This document shows positions 37,951 to 50,725 of a stretch of 64,000 nt of DNA, in pieces. Both the position numbers and the translations under genes were made by a program. The DNA lies in NCBI RefSeq assembly GCF_006345805.1, contig NC_042998.1:185814001-185878000 (forward strand), written 5' to 3'. Every line of letters begins with the position of its first letter. Position 1 is the stretch's first letter. The notes beneath the pieces are model-generated. The model was not told where the DNA came from. It did not search any database and saw only the letters and a list, made by a program, of their open reading frames with translations. Origin of the DNA: Octopus sinensis. Taxonomy: Eukaryota.

Positions 37951-40386
37951 AATTCTGTTTCTGTGTCTAATATCTCTTGATTTTAACTATGTATCTTCTT
38001 AAATTAGTTACTGTGTTGTGCTCTAATGTTACTTCTTGATCAACATAATTCTTTTCTCCATGCATTGTACACGTATATTCTGAAAGCCTCATTTCCAATG
38101 GAAGAGCGAAACTCTAACCCACTCTATTGGATTATTCATAATTGTCTGTTTTATTTGTGGACTTTGAGGATAAAGTAAAGCCTTTTATATCTAGATAGAC
38201 ATAATTTTCATTGGTGGATTTGCTCACCAACATACTCTAGTCTCTATTACCAAAGAGGTGCTGCGATCTCTTTCTATCTTTTCTAGTGCTACTTCAGTAG
38301 CCTCTCCCCTTCGGAGTTGACTGGTTCTGCAAAATACCTGCGCACAACCATGCCAATTTAAATGGTATTATACGGCATTCAAATTTGATGAGGGAACTAC
38401 TGGAGTAGTTCTGTCTTCAACGTTGGATCGTGTAGTTGTCAAACAGTAATTGTAGTACGTCCGTTTGTTTGTAGTTGAGAATATCTATGATTGTTTTTAA
38501 CCACCATCTTTGCATCAAGAGCTAATTGACATGGATATATCCTTTATCACTTCTGCGCATTTTTGTTTACGAATCCCATCGATTTATTATAATTTTTTTG
38601 TAGGCCTCCGCCGATTATTGTTGACTATGTATCTGCATATGTATCTGAAGAAACGGGCTAAATTTTTAGAGAAATACTGAAGTTGTCCCTCTCCACGCCA
38701 TTGATGTTTATCGAAAAGAAAGGCCATTGACTTAGCGCCGATACAGCTTGGCTCCTGTGTTGTTGTAAGCATTGATATAAGAGGGTAAAAAGCTGAGACA
38801 AATACCACAAGGCATTTCGCTCGTCTCTAACACCACCGATCTGGATTGGTATTTTTTATTGATTCCGAAAGGATGAAAAGCAAAGACTTCGACAGGGTTC
38901 GAAATCAGAACGAAGCAAGTCAGAACGAATAGTGCGAAGCATTCTATCCAACACTCTACTAGCTTTACCAATCCACACAACAAATAACTAACAACATTCT
39001 CGAAAATCGCACCGCGCTATTGTCAATAATAAAATGTCGGTTGAGTTTCAATTCGTCATCTTGAGAGATAAACTAATACCAGTTGGATGCTACAAGCAGG
39101 CTGAAAGAAAATATTAAGTGAAAGGATAGTCAGTAGGTCGTAACCAGATTATTACATATATAGCTACATCGTCGTCGAACATTACTGCGGGAACATGTGA
39201 CCTGGCTACAGACCCTGTTATTTCACTTTCGTGAAAGGAACAGGTTCCTTTATTCAATATATTCGATGTAAGAATTACAGTTAGATAGGGTTAGAGTGTC
39301 TATCATTGCATTGAATTACGTGCATTGAACTGTGAGTTTTGCATTTTCAAAATGTGGCAAGATTAACGAAATCAACATTTACGATCCGATTCAATGGTTG
39401 CTATAAAATTTATGTTAATACATGTGTGACTGATTAGTATGCTAACCTATAGTGAAAGTCATTCAGCCATTCTCATTCGGTAGGGATAAACTGATTAGTG
39501 ACATTATCGAAAGAAATTTTATTATGGACGGGATTTGAAAATGGCATCAACTTCGCTCACCCACAAAAGAACCTTTGTAGTTTTTGTCTAAGTTTCCCTT
39601 AAAGACAGAAAGGTGGAATCAACCATTGCCTAGGGAGAGAACGAATTAGTTTAAGAATGTTATCAGGCAACATTCTTTTATACATTTTATCGGTTTTAGT
39701 CATTGGACTGTAACCGTGTTGGGGCACGCTCACAAAGGTTCTCGCTGACCATATCAACCCTAATTCATATTTTAGTCTCGTATTTATTTTATCTATATAC
39801 GTCGAATCACTAACTTTTACTACTTTTTACACAACGCCGATAAACATAAACATAAGTACACACGCACACACACACACGCACGCACGCACATACATACACA
39901 AACGCGCGTGCGTCTGTGCCATGTGATGACTCACATGAACGCAACAGAATGCATCACAACTCATCTTACTCGAAGTACATAACTCGTATACAAGACCCAA
40001 AGAATAAGTAATTTCAAACAATTAAAGACTCAGCCAATGGGTAATTTTTAATAATTTAGGATGTGACATTCGTCTCCAGAGAGAATGTTACAAAGAAGAA
40101 AAGGAATTTTGATACATCACTTTAAAGAAAACACGGTTGTTATTACTTCACGGCTTTACAAATTCTTCCACGAGAAAAGATTTCGTTTCTGTGCTATTCC
40201 ACTCCATCAAGCGAGGAAGAGAACGAGCTTCCTTGTGACTCGTTAACATAAAATATGCGGCGACGTGAGATACAGAATTTGACCGGACAAACGTCTCGAA
40301 ACAAGTGACTTAGTATCAACCAGGAAAGTTTTTTGTCCTTCGAGATTGTGGACACTTTGAAAATGCTCAGCAAAGAATGAGACTCT

Positions 40387-40614
40387 TGGCCAAAAGTTAC
40401 CTGACAGTAAATCAAAACCATTTAATTCTAAGGTTTGAATTCATTCAGTTTAAAAACTGAATGAATTTATTAAACGCAACTCAATATGAAAACATCATGA
40501 AAATTGTTCAAACTGAAGTCCTTCTTGAGCGATACATTTTTCCATTGGAGTCAATACAGAAATACAAAATGATATTTATGGAATTTTGATTTACTGTCAG
40601 GTGACTTTTGGCCA
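40387..40614. mobile_element. MITE-like element with 31-bp TIRs
   Basis: tggccaaaagttacctgacagtaaatcaaaa (40387-40417) versus the reverse complement of 40584-40614, one mismatch; internal 14-bp hairpin at 40438-40467. TSD not resolved. Confidence 0.7.
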
Positions 40615-41419
40615 GCCCTATATACAGTCATGTGTACAGTTTCTGTCTACAAAATTCTACAAACAAGGTATAAGTCAACTCGAAGTTACGCCGAAGGTAC
40701 CGCGCAGGAGAATTGAATCTTACATCATGTGGTTTCAGAGCGAACTCCTTAGCATAACTCGTCCCCATGTAACATTGCAGAATTAATTAATATTCAGCTT
40801 GAAACTTAAAGACTTTCTTTAAACAATATTTGAAATATTTGTTGATCATAACTATGAAGATATTACATTTACATCGCATTAATAGTTGACCATGAGAAAA
40901 TGAAAGGGTTTCAAAAACTAACGAGGAAGCTCTTAGGCAATTAATCAACCCGCTAAAAGTAGCTGCAAAATCACTCTCAAGTTACAAGAAATGACGAGAT
41001 TGTAACAGCTGAAGAGTGGGGCAGCTAGAGTATATGCTCTTGAATTTACTTCCTCCCCTTCTAGGGCACCCAAGCCTAGTCTTTTGCAGTAGACCCAAAA
41101 GTGCTGCTAGCATAAAGTCCCCGACCGGGGTGAACTGCCTGCGTTACAGCAACTGGAACGTTTTTGATCAACATCTTCTGAATCAAGATTGATCTAGAGC
41201 TTAACAACAATAAGTTGTTTCAAGTTCAATCCTAATATTGATTTGCCGTTAAACGGTAGCTTGATAGAAACTATAGAAATCTTGAAACGAGATGGAAATT
41301 CTGCTAGAATTAGATATATAACTGGAATGATTACATCATGATTAAACATTATAAAAAAACAGCACCTGAAAGGTAACGTTTCCAAGAAAGATAATTTATG
41401 TAAGATGTTTCACTAATAT

Positions 41420-41614
41420 GACTGGCCAGTCATTTCGGGGGAGGGACAGGTCAATTACATCGACCCAGTGCTCAACTGGTACTTATTTGATCATTCCCGA
41501 AAAGATGAAAGACAAAGTCGACCCCGACGGAATTTGAACTCAGAATGTAAAGACGGACGAAATGCAGCTAAGCATTTTGCCCGGTGCTCTTCCGATTCTG
41601 CCAGCTCGCCACCT
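41420..41614 (-). mobile_element. Older SINE-A
   Basis: Head and body as in the other copies. Confidence 0.85.
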
Positions 41615-41649
41615 CATATAGCCCACTCTAATATTAAGTAGTTAACTAA

Positions 41650-41870
41650 GGCGGCGTGTTGGCAGAATCGTTAGCACGCTGGGAAAAATGCTTAGCGGCA
41701 TTTCATCCGTCCTTAGATTCTAAGTTCTAATTCCGCCGAGGTCGACTTTGCCGTTTATCTTTTCGGGGTCGATAAAATAAGATATAGTTGAACACTGGAG
41801 TCGATGCAATCGATTAGCCCGCTCCCTCAAAATTGCTGGCCTTGTACCAAAATTTGAAAAATATTGTATA
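41650..41870 (+). mobile_element. Older SINE-A, head-to-head with the previous copy
   Basis: ggcggcgtgttggcagaatcgttagcac ... aaattgctggccttgtaccaaaatttgaaa. Confidence 0.87.
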
Positions 41871-42078
41871 GTTAACTATTTCACGAGTTTCTCTATTTAA
41901 ATCTCTTACTCTGTAAACCACGGAAAACAAACATACGGCTAAGAAGCTTGCTTTGTAACCATGCGGCACCATGAGTGTCTTCTGCTCTGGTCTCAGAACG
42001 ACCGATGCCTTGTGAGTGAATTTGGTAGACCGAAAATGTGAGAAGGCCCACCGTATACATGTGTGTGTGTGTGTGTGA

Positions 42079-42110
<32 letters not shown>

Positions 42111-42230
42111 TCCCCAACCGGTGTTGGTTTGTTTACGTCCCCTAACTTAGCAGTTTAGCTTAAGATGCCGATAGGTTAAGTACTAGACTTTAAAAAAAAT
42201 AAATACTGGAGTCAGTTCGATCGACTAGAC

Positions 42231-43014
42231 CAGTAGTTTCCAAGATGTATTTAGGTGCACCTCGAAAAAGTAAGATTATACAAATCGAAATTCACTAGAA
42301 AGTTCAAATATAAATGTTAAAGTGGCAAAAAACTAAATACTAAGTTCTAAACTAAGAACGAGAGGTGGTTGTGTCATCCAACTCATTTAGGCTAATTATG
42401 GTATGACAGCGTTATTCAGTTTTGAATCTGAGATTTCATAAGGATAAGAACTAAATTAGCATCAATCTATCATCGAAATTGACGTCTTAAGGATCAAATT
42501 CAGTGTACGACAATGTTTCAGCAGTTTTCATTTCAATAATAAATTTGAAAAATAAACTATTGAACTAAAATATACGATGTTGAACTAAATCTTTTAATAC
42601 GTATTCACGTATTGCGATTGTATTTCAATTTTCTTCATATAATGGCGAGAATTTTCATCTTTTCAATTAATTTTGAAAGACTTCTCAAAAGAGTCTGATA
42701 ATATGTGACACGCCGCCACTTTTCACAGCTCACTGGCTACTTGTGTCAGACTCAGTTTGACTCTGGTAGTTATCTGTGCTCTATGTGCCAAGCACTTCAT
42801 ATTAACAGACTAAATTACCCATAAAATGGAAAAGTTTATTAAGAGGAAACATAACCGTAACGATTATGAATCTGAAAGTGAACGTTCGTCAAAAGCAACT
42901 AAGCGTAGTGATAATTATGCGAAAGCTCGACCTAATCATAAATATTGCAATAGCTATTTAAAGTTTGGGTTTCATTGGACTGGCAACGAGCATCACCCTC
43001 TTCTGCTGTGTGTT

Positions 43015-43045
<31 letters not shown>

Positions 43046-43964
43046 GCAGCAGCAGCAGCAGCAACAACATCGATAAATACCTTAGGAATGAGAACCCATG
43101 TTCTAAATTTCCCCCAAGACACCTGATGAAGGCTGGAGGGTATATATCAGCCGAAACGTTGTGTTAACAATAAACAAGATGAGGACAAATATCCGTCAAA
43201 TGTAAATAATGTAAATAATATTGCAACACCTATTTAAAGTTTGGGTTTCATTGGACTGGCAACGAGGATCAGCCTCTTCTGCTGTGTGTTGTTTGTGGTG
43301 AAAAGATGCCTGACGAAGGGATGTTGTCCAGCAAGTTCAAAAGACATTTTACAACTAAACACTCACATCTTCAATGTAAAGATCTGAACTATTTCCAAAG
43401 ACTGCTAGAACAGCAATCTATACAAAGAAACTGTTTTGAAAAAAACGGATGAATGCTTCTGAAAAGGCTCAAGTCGCGTCTACTGAGATAGCCAAAATGA
43501 TTGCACTACAAACGAAATCGCATACTTTAACCGAGTCGATTATCTCACCCGCTTGTAGAAAGATGGTTAAAATCATGTTAGCTGATGAAACCGAGCAAGA
43601 AATAAGCAAAACTCCGCTCACAAATTATACAATCCACAGGAGAATTATGGAGGAGAATGTGCAGAACAAACTTCAAAAGTCAGAATTTGCTGTACAGGTT
43701 GACGAATCAACTGACATTAGCAACGAATCACAATTACTTATATAATAAAAAAAAGCACGTTCCTCATTGATAACTTTGATTCATATATTGAATAAAGAGT
43801 AAGTCGTGCAATTTTTCTGTATTTTTAATCATCTACGTATAACTTTATAGTTTATGTTATGCTAATATGTATAAAATCCCTTTTAGAATTTATGTGCATA
43901 GTCCACCAAAATATTTTGACTTCTTGTAAGGTGCGCAGTGAGTAAAAAAAATTGGGAACAATCG
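42231..43964 (+). mobile_element. hAT (Buster/ZBED5-like) transposon, internally deleted transposase pseudogene
   Basis: 8-bp TSD gactagac (42223-42230, 43965-43972; nnnTAnnn), termini cagtagtttccaa / ttgggaacaatcg. Protein motifs YLKFGF, LCVVCGEKM, KFKRHFTTKH (BED finger), TIHRRI and FAVQVDESTD. Confidence 0.93.
43015..43216 (+). mobile_element. Penelope-like fragment with type I hammerhead motif (43118-43165)
   Basis: gacac CTGATGA a ggctg-loop-cagcc GAA ACGT T gtgtt; flanked by a 74-bp duplication of hAT coding sequence. Confidence 0.75.
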
Positions 43965-44589
43965 GACTAGACCCTTCAAGACGGTGCCCCAGCATGGCCG
44001 CAGTCCTATGACTGAAACACGTGAAAGATAAAAGATACACAGGTCAATTATTTTATATTTATTTCTCTATATGACAGAACCGGTAAAGCGCTGGAAAAAA
44101 AAGTGTTTTCAGAGCCAATTGAATCCAATTTCCTTTTACACTATTACACTACCAATTACACTTTTAACACTACCAATTTTTTTATTTATTAATTCATTTA
44201 TTACCTATTTATATATTTCTCCATCACACCCTCTCAGTCAAGGTCTAGGCCAAGCCCCCGACTTGTTAAGTATCAGTTAATTTCTTCGTCAAAAGTACAG
44301 TAGGTCAAGTTGTCGCGGTCTTTCCTTAATATGACATTTTTAAGTGTGGCGATGACATGTCTTGTAAAGTCACTTCCTTTTTCTATGACTTTTATATTAG
44401 CCGTTGTATGGGAACAAAAAGTTTCTAGAAAACAATGCAAGTCAACACAGATTTCTCTGTAAGCTACAATTACGAAGAATATTATATCACTCACAAGCCT
44501 TCTATGACTTTTCTCTCTTTCTTTCCTACCACGTTTACTTTTCTTTCGCTCTCTTCTTTCTGTTTCGGTTTTGTCTTGCTCACTCTCTC

Positions 44590-44597
44590 CAATCCGC

Positions 44598-44658
<61 letters not shown>

Positions 44659-44659
44659 T

Positions 44660-44708
<49 letters not shown>

Positions 44709-44971
44709 TTTCTTCTTTCTCTCTTCCTTCCCTCTCTCCCCCCTTTATCCCCCCTCTCTCTTTCATTTTGTTCTTTCTCTCTGTCTCATCTTTAATCTTC
44801 AACATTCACTTATATATTACACTCGGTTGTTTCTTCAATTCATTCGTTTATTCCTTTTTCTTTCTTTTCTCCATTCTCCCATTACTGGCCATATCTATAT
44901 ATGGGCATACATGCCTATAGTTATATGTATGCATGTATGTATATTTGTATGTCTGTCTGTCTGTCTATCTG

Positions 44972-45049
<78 letters not shown>

Positions 45050-45052
45050 ATA

Positions 45053-45086
<34 letters not shown>

Positions 45087-45430
45087 GGTGCTATCAAACG
45101 CGTGCGTTTGTGCTTTTGTGTGTGTTTGTACGCATGTAAATATCCACATATACGTGTGTATATATTATAGTGTGTGTGTGTGTGTGAATGTGTGCATGAG
45201 CGTGTAAATACTGGAGATTTGTGTATAAATAAGGTTTAAAAGAAAGGGAAAGATACAGAAATGACGAACGAATGAGGGGATGAGAGAGAGAGAGAGAGAG
45301 ATGGAGAATATAAAAGGGATATTAGATGTAGAAGGGCTAAATAAGGATGACATACACACACATATATATATATATACGTGTATACATAGTACGTGCATAC
45401 ATACATACATACACACACATACATACACAC

Positions 45431-45463
<33 letters not shown>

Positions 45464-45770
45464 CATACATACATACATACATATATACATATATGCATAC
45501 ATACTTACATACATACACACACACATACATACATACGCACACACATACATACATACGTACATTCATACATACATACATACATACGTGCATATGTACATAC
45601 ATACATACATACATACGTACATGCATACATTTATACTTACATATGTAAATATATATACATGTATGTATGTACATACATACATACATACATACATACGTAC
45701 ATGCATACATTTATACTTACATATGTAAATATATATACATGCATATATATATATATGTACAGTTACATAT
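44590..45770. repeat. (TTTC)n, (TCTA)n, (CT)n, (TA)n and (CATA)n microsatellites
   Basis: Direct reading. Confidence 0.95.
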
Positions 45771-46248
45771 ATGCCTGGCAGAGACTAATTATGATGCACC
45801 CTGTGGAGTATGTATGAGGCTTATTACCGGGGGGAAGGGCATACACACACACACACATACACACACACATGCACGCACTCATACATTGCACACATGCATG
45901 TTGTCACCTTTCTTTACTGCCTCTCTCTTTCTCTCTCTCTTACTTTCACTTTCCCTTCTTGTCACATCTAATGTCACTTTCATCTCCTTCCCATTTCCCA
46001 TCACCCCCCCCCATTCATTTCCTGACCCTATATATATTTATACCCGTCTACTTCTCCCTTCCTCTTTTCTCAAATTCTATTTCCTCACCAGTTTCCACTT
46101 TGAACCTTGATTTATATCATTCCTTTCCTTTATTAAACTGAACTCAACATAATGCATAGTCACTTACTACTCTATGAAAGGCTCTACGTTCATATCCTAC
46201 ACGTTGTTAGTTCTTAACAAGTGATGGCGTGTAGCTTAATCATTAGGG

Positions 46249-46450
46249 CAGTGCTTTTCAAACTTTTTGCTGGAGCGGAACCCCAAAGAAAACATTCCAC
46301 TGGCTCGAGGAACCCCTGTGCAATAATTTAATAGTCTTATGCACAAATATCTGCAAAGGAGAATTAAAAATTACTGCCGATTTTAGCAGTTTTGTAACTT
46401 CTTGCGGAACCCCTCGACTGTACTGGCGGAACCCTGGTTGAAAACTACTG
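46249..46450. mobile_element. hAT MITE, 202 bp
   Basis: Perfect 8-bp TSD cattaggg (46241-46248, 46451-46458); TIRs cagtgcttttcaa / ttgaaaactactg. Inserted in an old SINE head. Confidence 0.93.
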
Positions 46451-47323
46451 CATTAGGGTATTCGGTTTATGATCGTGAGTTCGATTCCCAGTGGTGCATT
46501 GTGTCCTTTAGTTTCCGTTGCCCCAGTTCATTCAACAGGCAAAAATGAGTAATACCTGTAATTCAAAGGGCCAGCCATATCATATTCTGTGTCACGCTGA
46601 ATCTCCCTGAGAACTGCGTTAAGGGTACACGTGTCTGTGGAGTGCTCAGCCACTTGCACGTTAATATCACAATCGGATCAACTGGGATCCGCGCCGTTGT
46701 AACCGACAGAATGCCAGTTCTTATCTAGTTTTAGTCGCCACGGTTAAGGCCAAATCAGGGTGTCTCCTATAGATGTTCGTTAAGAATTGTTATGTAGATG
46801 GCCTAGACCGACTAGGGAAACAGAAACTGTATCGCGGTTTCGATTCTCAGATAAATTTAATTCGCTAACTTCATTAATGCATTAATGCTACATTATCGAA
46901 ATTGTTCTCTTTTAAGAACAGCCTTATGATTCGTCGAAATGAACTAGTTTATGACTGCGAGGTTAAGAAGCTCACTTGAAACCATGTGATTTCGGGTTCA
47001 GTCTTACTGCACAGTACTATGGAAATGAATGAAACAAAAAAATTACGAGGGATGGTCATCCTATTTGTGTGTGTGTGTGTGTGTTTTTTTTTACAGTAGT
47101 AGATGCTGGAGCATCGCCTTAAAAAGTGTTTTTATTCGAAGAAATTTGCCCCAGGACTTATTCTTTGTAAGCCTAGTACTTATTCTATCGGTTCTTTTAC
47201 CGAACCGCTAAGTTATGGGACATAAACACACCAACATATATGACTAACTACATGGTTGCTAATAACAAATTTTTATCTAGCCTGCCGGCTAAATGCAGCA
47301 TCCATGATTTTTCAATCACTTTT

Positions 47324-47707
47324 GGTGGAAGCACTCCGTCGGTTACGACGATGAGGGTTCCGGTTGATCCGATCAACGGAACAGCCTGCTCGTGAAATTA
47401 ACGTGTAAGTGGCTGAGCACTCCACAGACACGTGTACCCTTAACGTAGTTCTCGGGGATATTCAGCGTGACACAGAGAGTGACAAGGCTGGCCCTTTGAA
47501 TACAGTTACAAACAAAAACAGGAAGTAAGAGTGAGAGAAAGTTGTGGTGAAAGAGTACAGCAGGATCACCACCATCCCTGCCGGAGCCTCGTGGAGCTTT
47601 AGGTGTTTTCGCTCAATAAACACTCACAACGCCCGGTCTGGGAATCGAAACCACGATCCTACGACCGCGAGTCCGCTGCCCTAACCACTGGGCCATTGCG
47701 CTTCCAC
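47324..47707 (-). mobile_element. SINE-C with alternative 3' tail, 11-bp TSD
   Basis: TSD caatcactttt at 47313-47323 and 47708-47718; an empty paralogous site is present at ~52431-52445. Confidence 0.93.
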
Positions 47708-48122
47708 CAATCACTTTTAACTAAATCATTAACGACCGATCATTTCCTCGCATGTAGTGCCAGTCGCTATTTGCTACTGACGAAGATCAAAAGAAGCAGA
47801 ATTATATTTAATAATGCCATACGATTTTCATCTGCTGCTGATATATTTCTATATTGTCTTCTACTATAACCCCGGCGAGCCAATGCTTCGTGAGTGAATA
47901 TGGAAGATGGAAAGAGAGTGAAGCCCATAGTATATACATGTATGTGTGTCTTTGTGTTTGTGTTTATCTTCTCACACCGCTTGACACCTGTTGTTGGTTT
48001 GTTTGTGTCACCGTAACATAGCGGTTCGACAAAAGTCACTGATAGAATATGCATCAGATTTAAAAAAATAAGTACTGGGGTTGATCTGCTCGACTAAATC
48101 CTTCAAAGCGGTACTCAACCAT

Positions 48123-48753
48123 GGCGGCGAGCTGGCAGAATCGTTAGCACGCCGGGCGAAATGCGTAGCCGTATTTCGTCTGCCGTTACGTTCTGAGTTC
48201 AAATTCCGCCGAGGTCGACTTTGCCTTTCATCCTTTCGGGGTCGATAAATAAGTACTAGTTACGCACTGGGGTCGATATAATCGGCTCAATCCGTTTGTC
48301 TGTCCTTGTTTGTCCCCTCTATGTTTAGCCCCTTGTGGGCAATAAAGAAATAAAAATCGTTAGCACGCCGGGCATAATGCGTAGCCGTATTTCGTCTGCC
48401 GTTACGTTCTGAGTTCAAATTCCGCCGAGGTCGACTTTGCCTTTCATCCTTTCGGGAACGATTAGATAAGTACCAGTTACGCACTGGGGTCGATATAATC
48501 GGCTTAATCTGTTTGTCTGTCCTTGTTTGTCCCCTTTGTGTTTAGCCCCTTGTGGGTAGTAAAGAAATGGGTATTTCGCCTGCAGCTACGTTCTGAGTTC
48601 AAATTCCGCCGAGGTCGTCTTTGCCTTTCATCCTTTCGGGGTCGATAAATTAAGTACCAGTTACGCACTGGAGTCGATGTAATCAACTTAATCTGTTTGT
48701 CTGTTCTTATTCGTCCTCTCTGTGTTTAGCCCCTTGTGGGTAGTAAAGAAATA
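48123..48753 (+). mobile_element. SINE-A trimer within a 13-15-bp TSD, inserted in a SINE-B tail
   Basis: TSD ggtactcaaccat(gg) at 48110-48122 and 48754-48766. Confidence 0.93.
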
Positions 48754-49149
48754 GGTACTCAACCATGGTCGTAGTCTAATGACTGAAGCGAGTAAAAGCC
48801 AAAGGAGAATGATATTACTGGTATTTAGTTTATTGATGCGAAAGAAATGAGAAGCTGAACAGAGGAAGTGCAAGGCAACGGCATTGCACAGCTGTCTATT
48901 GTTACCGACAGATGAATGGATATAAGCTTACGACCGTGCTTCTGCATAACTGCTTGACGAACCCAATACAGCAGCCATGCTTCCATAAGCAAATTTCCTA
49001 TGGTAAGTTTTAAATGGGAACTACTACGTATTTTGGGAACAAAAGCCTAGAACAACATCTACTATTGTAAAAAAACAAAACAAAAAAGGATGACCATCCC
49101 TCGTAATTTTTTGGTTTCATTCGTTATTGTCTGTCTTTTCCCTTCTCTT

Positions 49150-49620
49150 TTGCTTAATGCATATGCGTGTATGTATGTATGTACGTATGTATGTATGTAT
49201 GTATGTATGTATGTATGTATGTATATATGCATACATGTATGTATTTATGTGTGTATGTGTGTGTGTATGCATGTACACATATATGTCTGTATGTATGCAC
49301 ATATGTATGCACGTATGTATGCATGTATGTATGTATGTATTTATGTATGTATGTATGCATGTATGTATGTATGTATTTATGTATGTATGTATGTATGTAT
49401 GTATGTATGCACATATGTATGCATGTATGTATGTATGTATTTATGTATGTATGTATGCATGTATGTATGTATGTATGTATGTATGTATTTATGTATGTAT
49501 GTATGCATGTATGTATGTATGTATGTATGTATTTATGTATGTATGTATGTATGCATGTATGTATGTATGCATGTATGTATGCATGTGCGTGCGTGTGTGT
49601 GTACGTACGTACTTGCGTAT
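49150..49620. repeat. (TATG)n microsatellite
   Basis: Direct reading. Confidence 0.95.
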
Positions 49621-49699
49621 GTACGTGTCTTTGAAAATATGCTATCATCAAAAGAAATCGCCAATCCGGTTCCAGTTCCTGTTTCACTTTAAATTATAT

Positions 49700-50130
49700 A
49701 GAGAGGAAGACGGCCAGCACCCCAACCTTTGCAATAGCTGCAAGACTAGCGAGGTCGATGCAGTTGATATTTAGTTTGAAGGTTTGCAAAGCTGACACCG
49801 ATATGAAAGTCTTGAGCATGGAGTCAGTCCCTGATGGTTTTAGTTTTGGGGATAAATAATTGAGGGATGTGTGTAGCGCACGTTTTGGGAGTGAAGGGAA
49901 AAGAAAGTAGGGATGATGAAAGCAAAGTGAAACGGCTGCGCTAAGATGGATCGGTTCATAGCTAGTTAATTATGTGTAGCAGGAAATGTTTTTGCAGAAC
50001 AGATTAACAGAACAGATGTTGGCTTTGAAGGAAAATTTCCCAGATCAGGAGGATGTCCTTGATTGGATGCGGACGAGGCTGTTACTGCGCAGCCGCCAAT
50101 CCATCGCAGATGTGAATGCACTGCAACATT
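49700..50130 (-). mobile_element. Possible very degenerate CR1/Jockey-group LINE 3' end
   Basis: Weak frame-shifted resemblances only ([28 protein letters not shown]). Confidence 0.3.
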
Positions 50131-50241
50131 GTGAATCGTTGTTTAGCCCCAGGTCAATTCCGATAGGAAGACCTATGGTCAACGTCACTCTGGCCATGAC
50201 TCTCCCTTTCGTGTATGTATGTGTGTGTATATACATACACG

Positions 50242-50299
<58 letters not shown>

Positions 50300-50329
50300 T
50301 ATATATATATATATATACACACAACACAC

Positions 50330-50371
<42 letters not shown>

Positions 50372-50373
<2 letters not shown>

Positions 50374-50678
50374 GAGGCGCAATGGCCCAGTGGTTAGGGC
50401 AACGGACTCGCGGTCGTAGGATCGCGGTTTCGATTCCCAGGCCGGGCGTTGTGAGGTTTATTGAGCGAAAACACCCAAAAGCTCAACGAGGCTCCGGCAG
50501 GGGGTGGTGATTCCTGCTGTACTCTTTCACCACTCTTTCTTCTGTTGCGAAGGCTAAAACAATGCAAACGCATTGTGACCAGCGATGTGTAACAACATCT
50601 GATGGTCTGGTCGGTCACGTGATCACGTGATATATATATACTGTACATATATATACTGTACATATATATATACTGTAT

Positions 50679-50725
<47 letters not shown>

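Larger units (their letters stand above)
41915..44035 (+). mobile_element. SINE-B split by a hAT insertion (41915-42230 and 43965-44035)
   Basis: ...ttcgatcgactagac | hAT | gactagacccttcaagacggtgcccagcatggccgcagtc rejoins into the SINE-B tail. Confidence 0.85.

Noticed and set aside
37980-38700. HERO/NeSL-type RLE LINE remnant on the minus strand
   Set aside because: Only vague motif resemblance; no diagnostic motif readable in frame.
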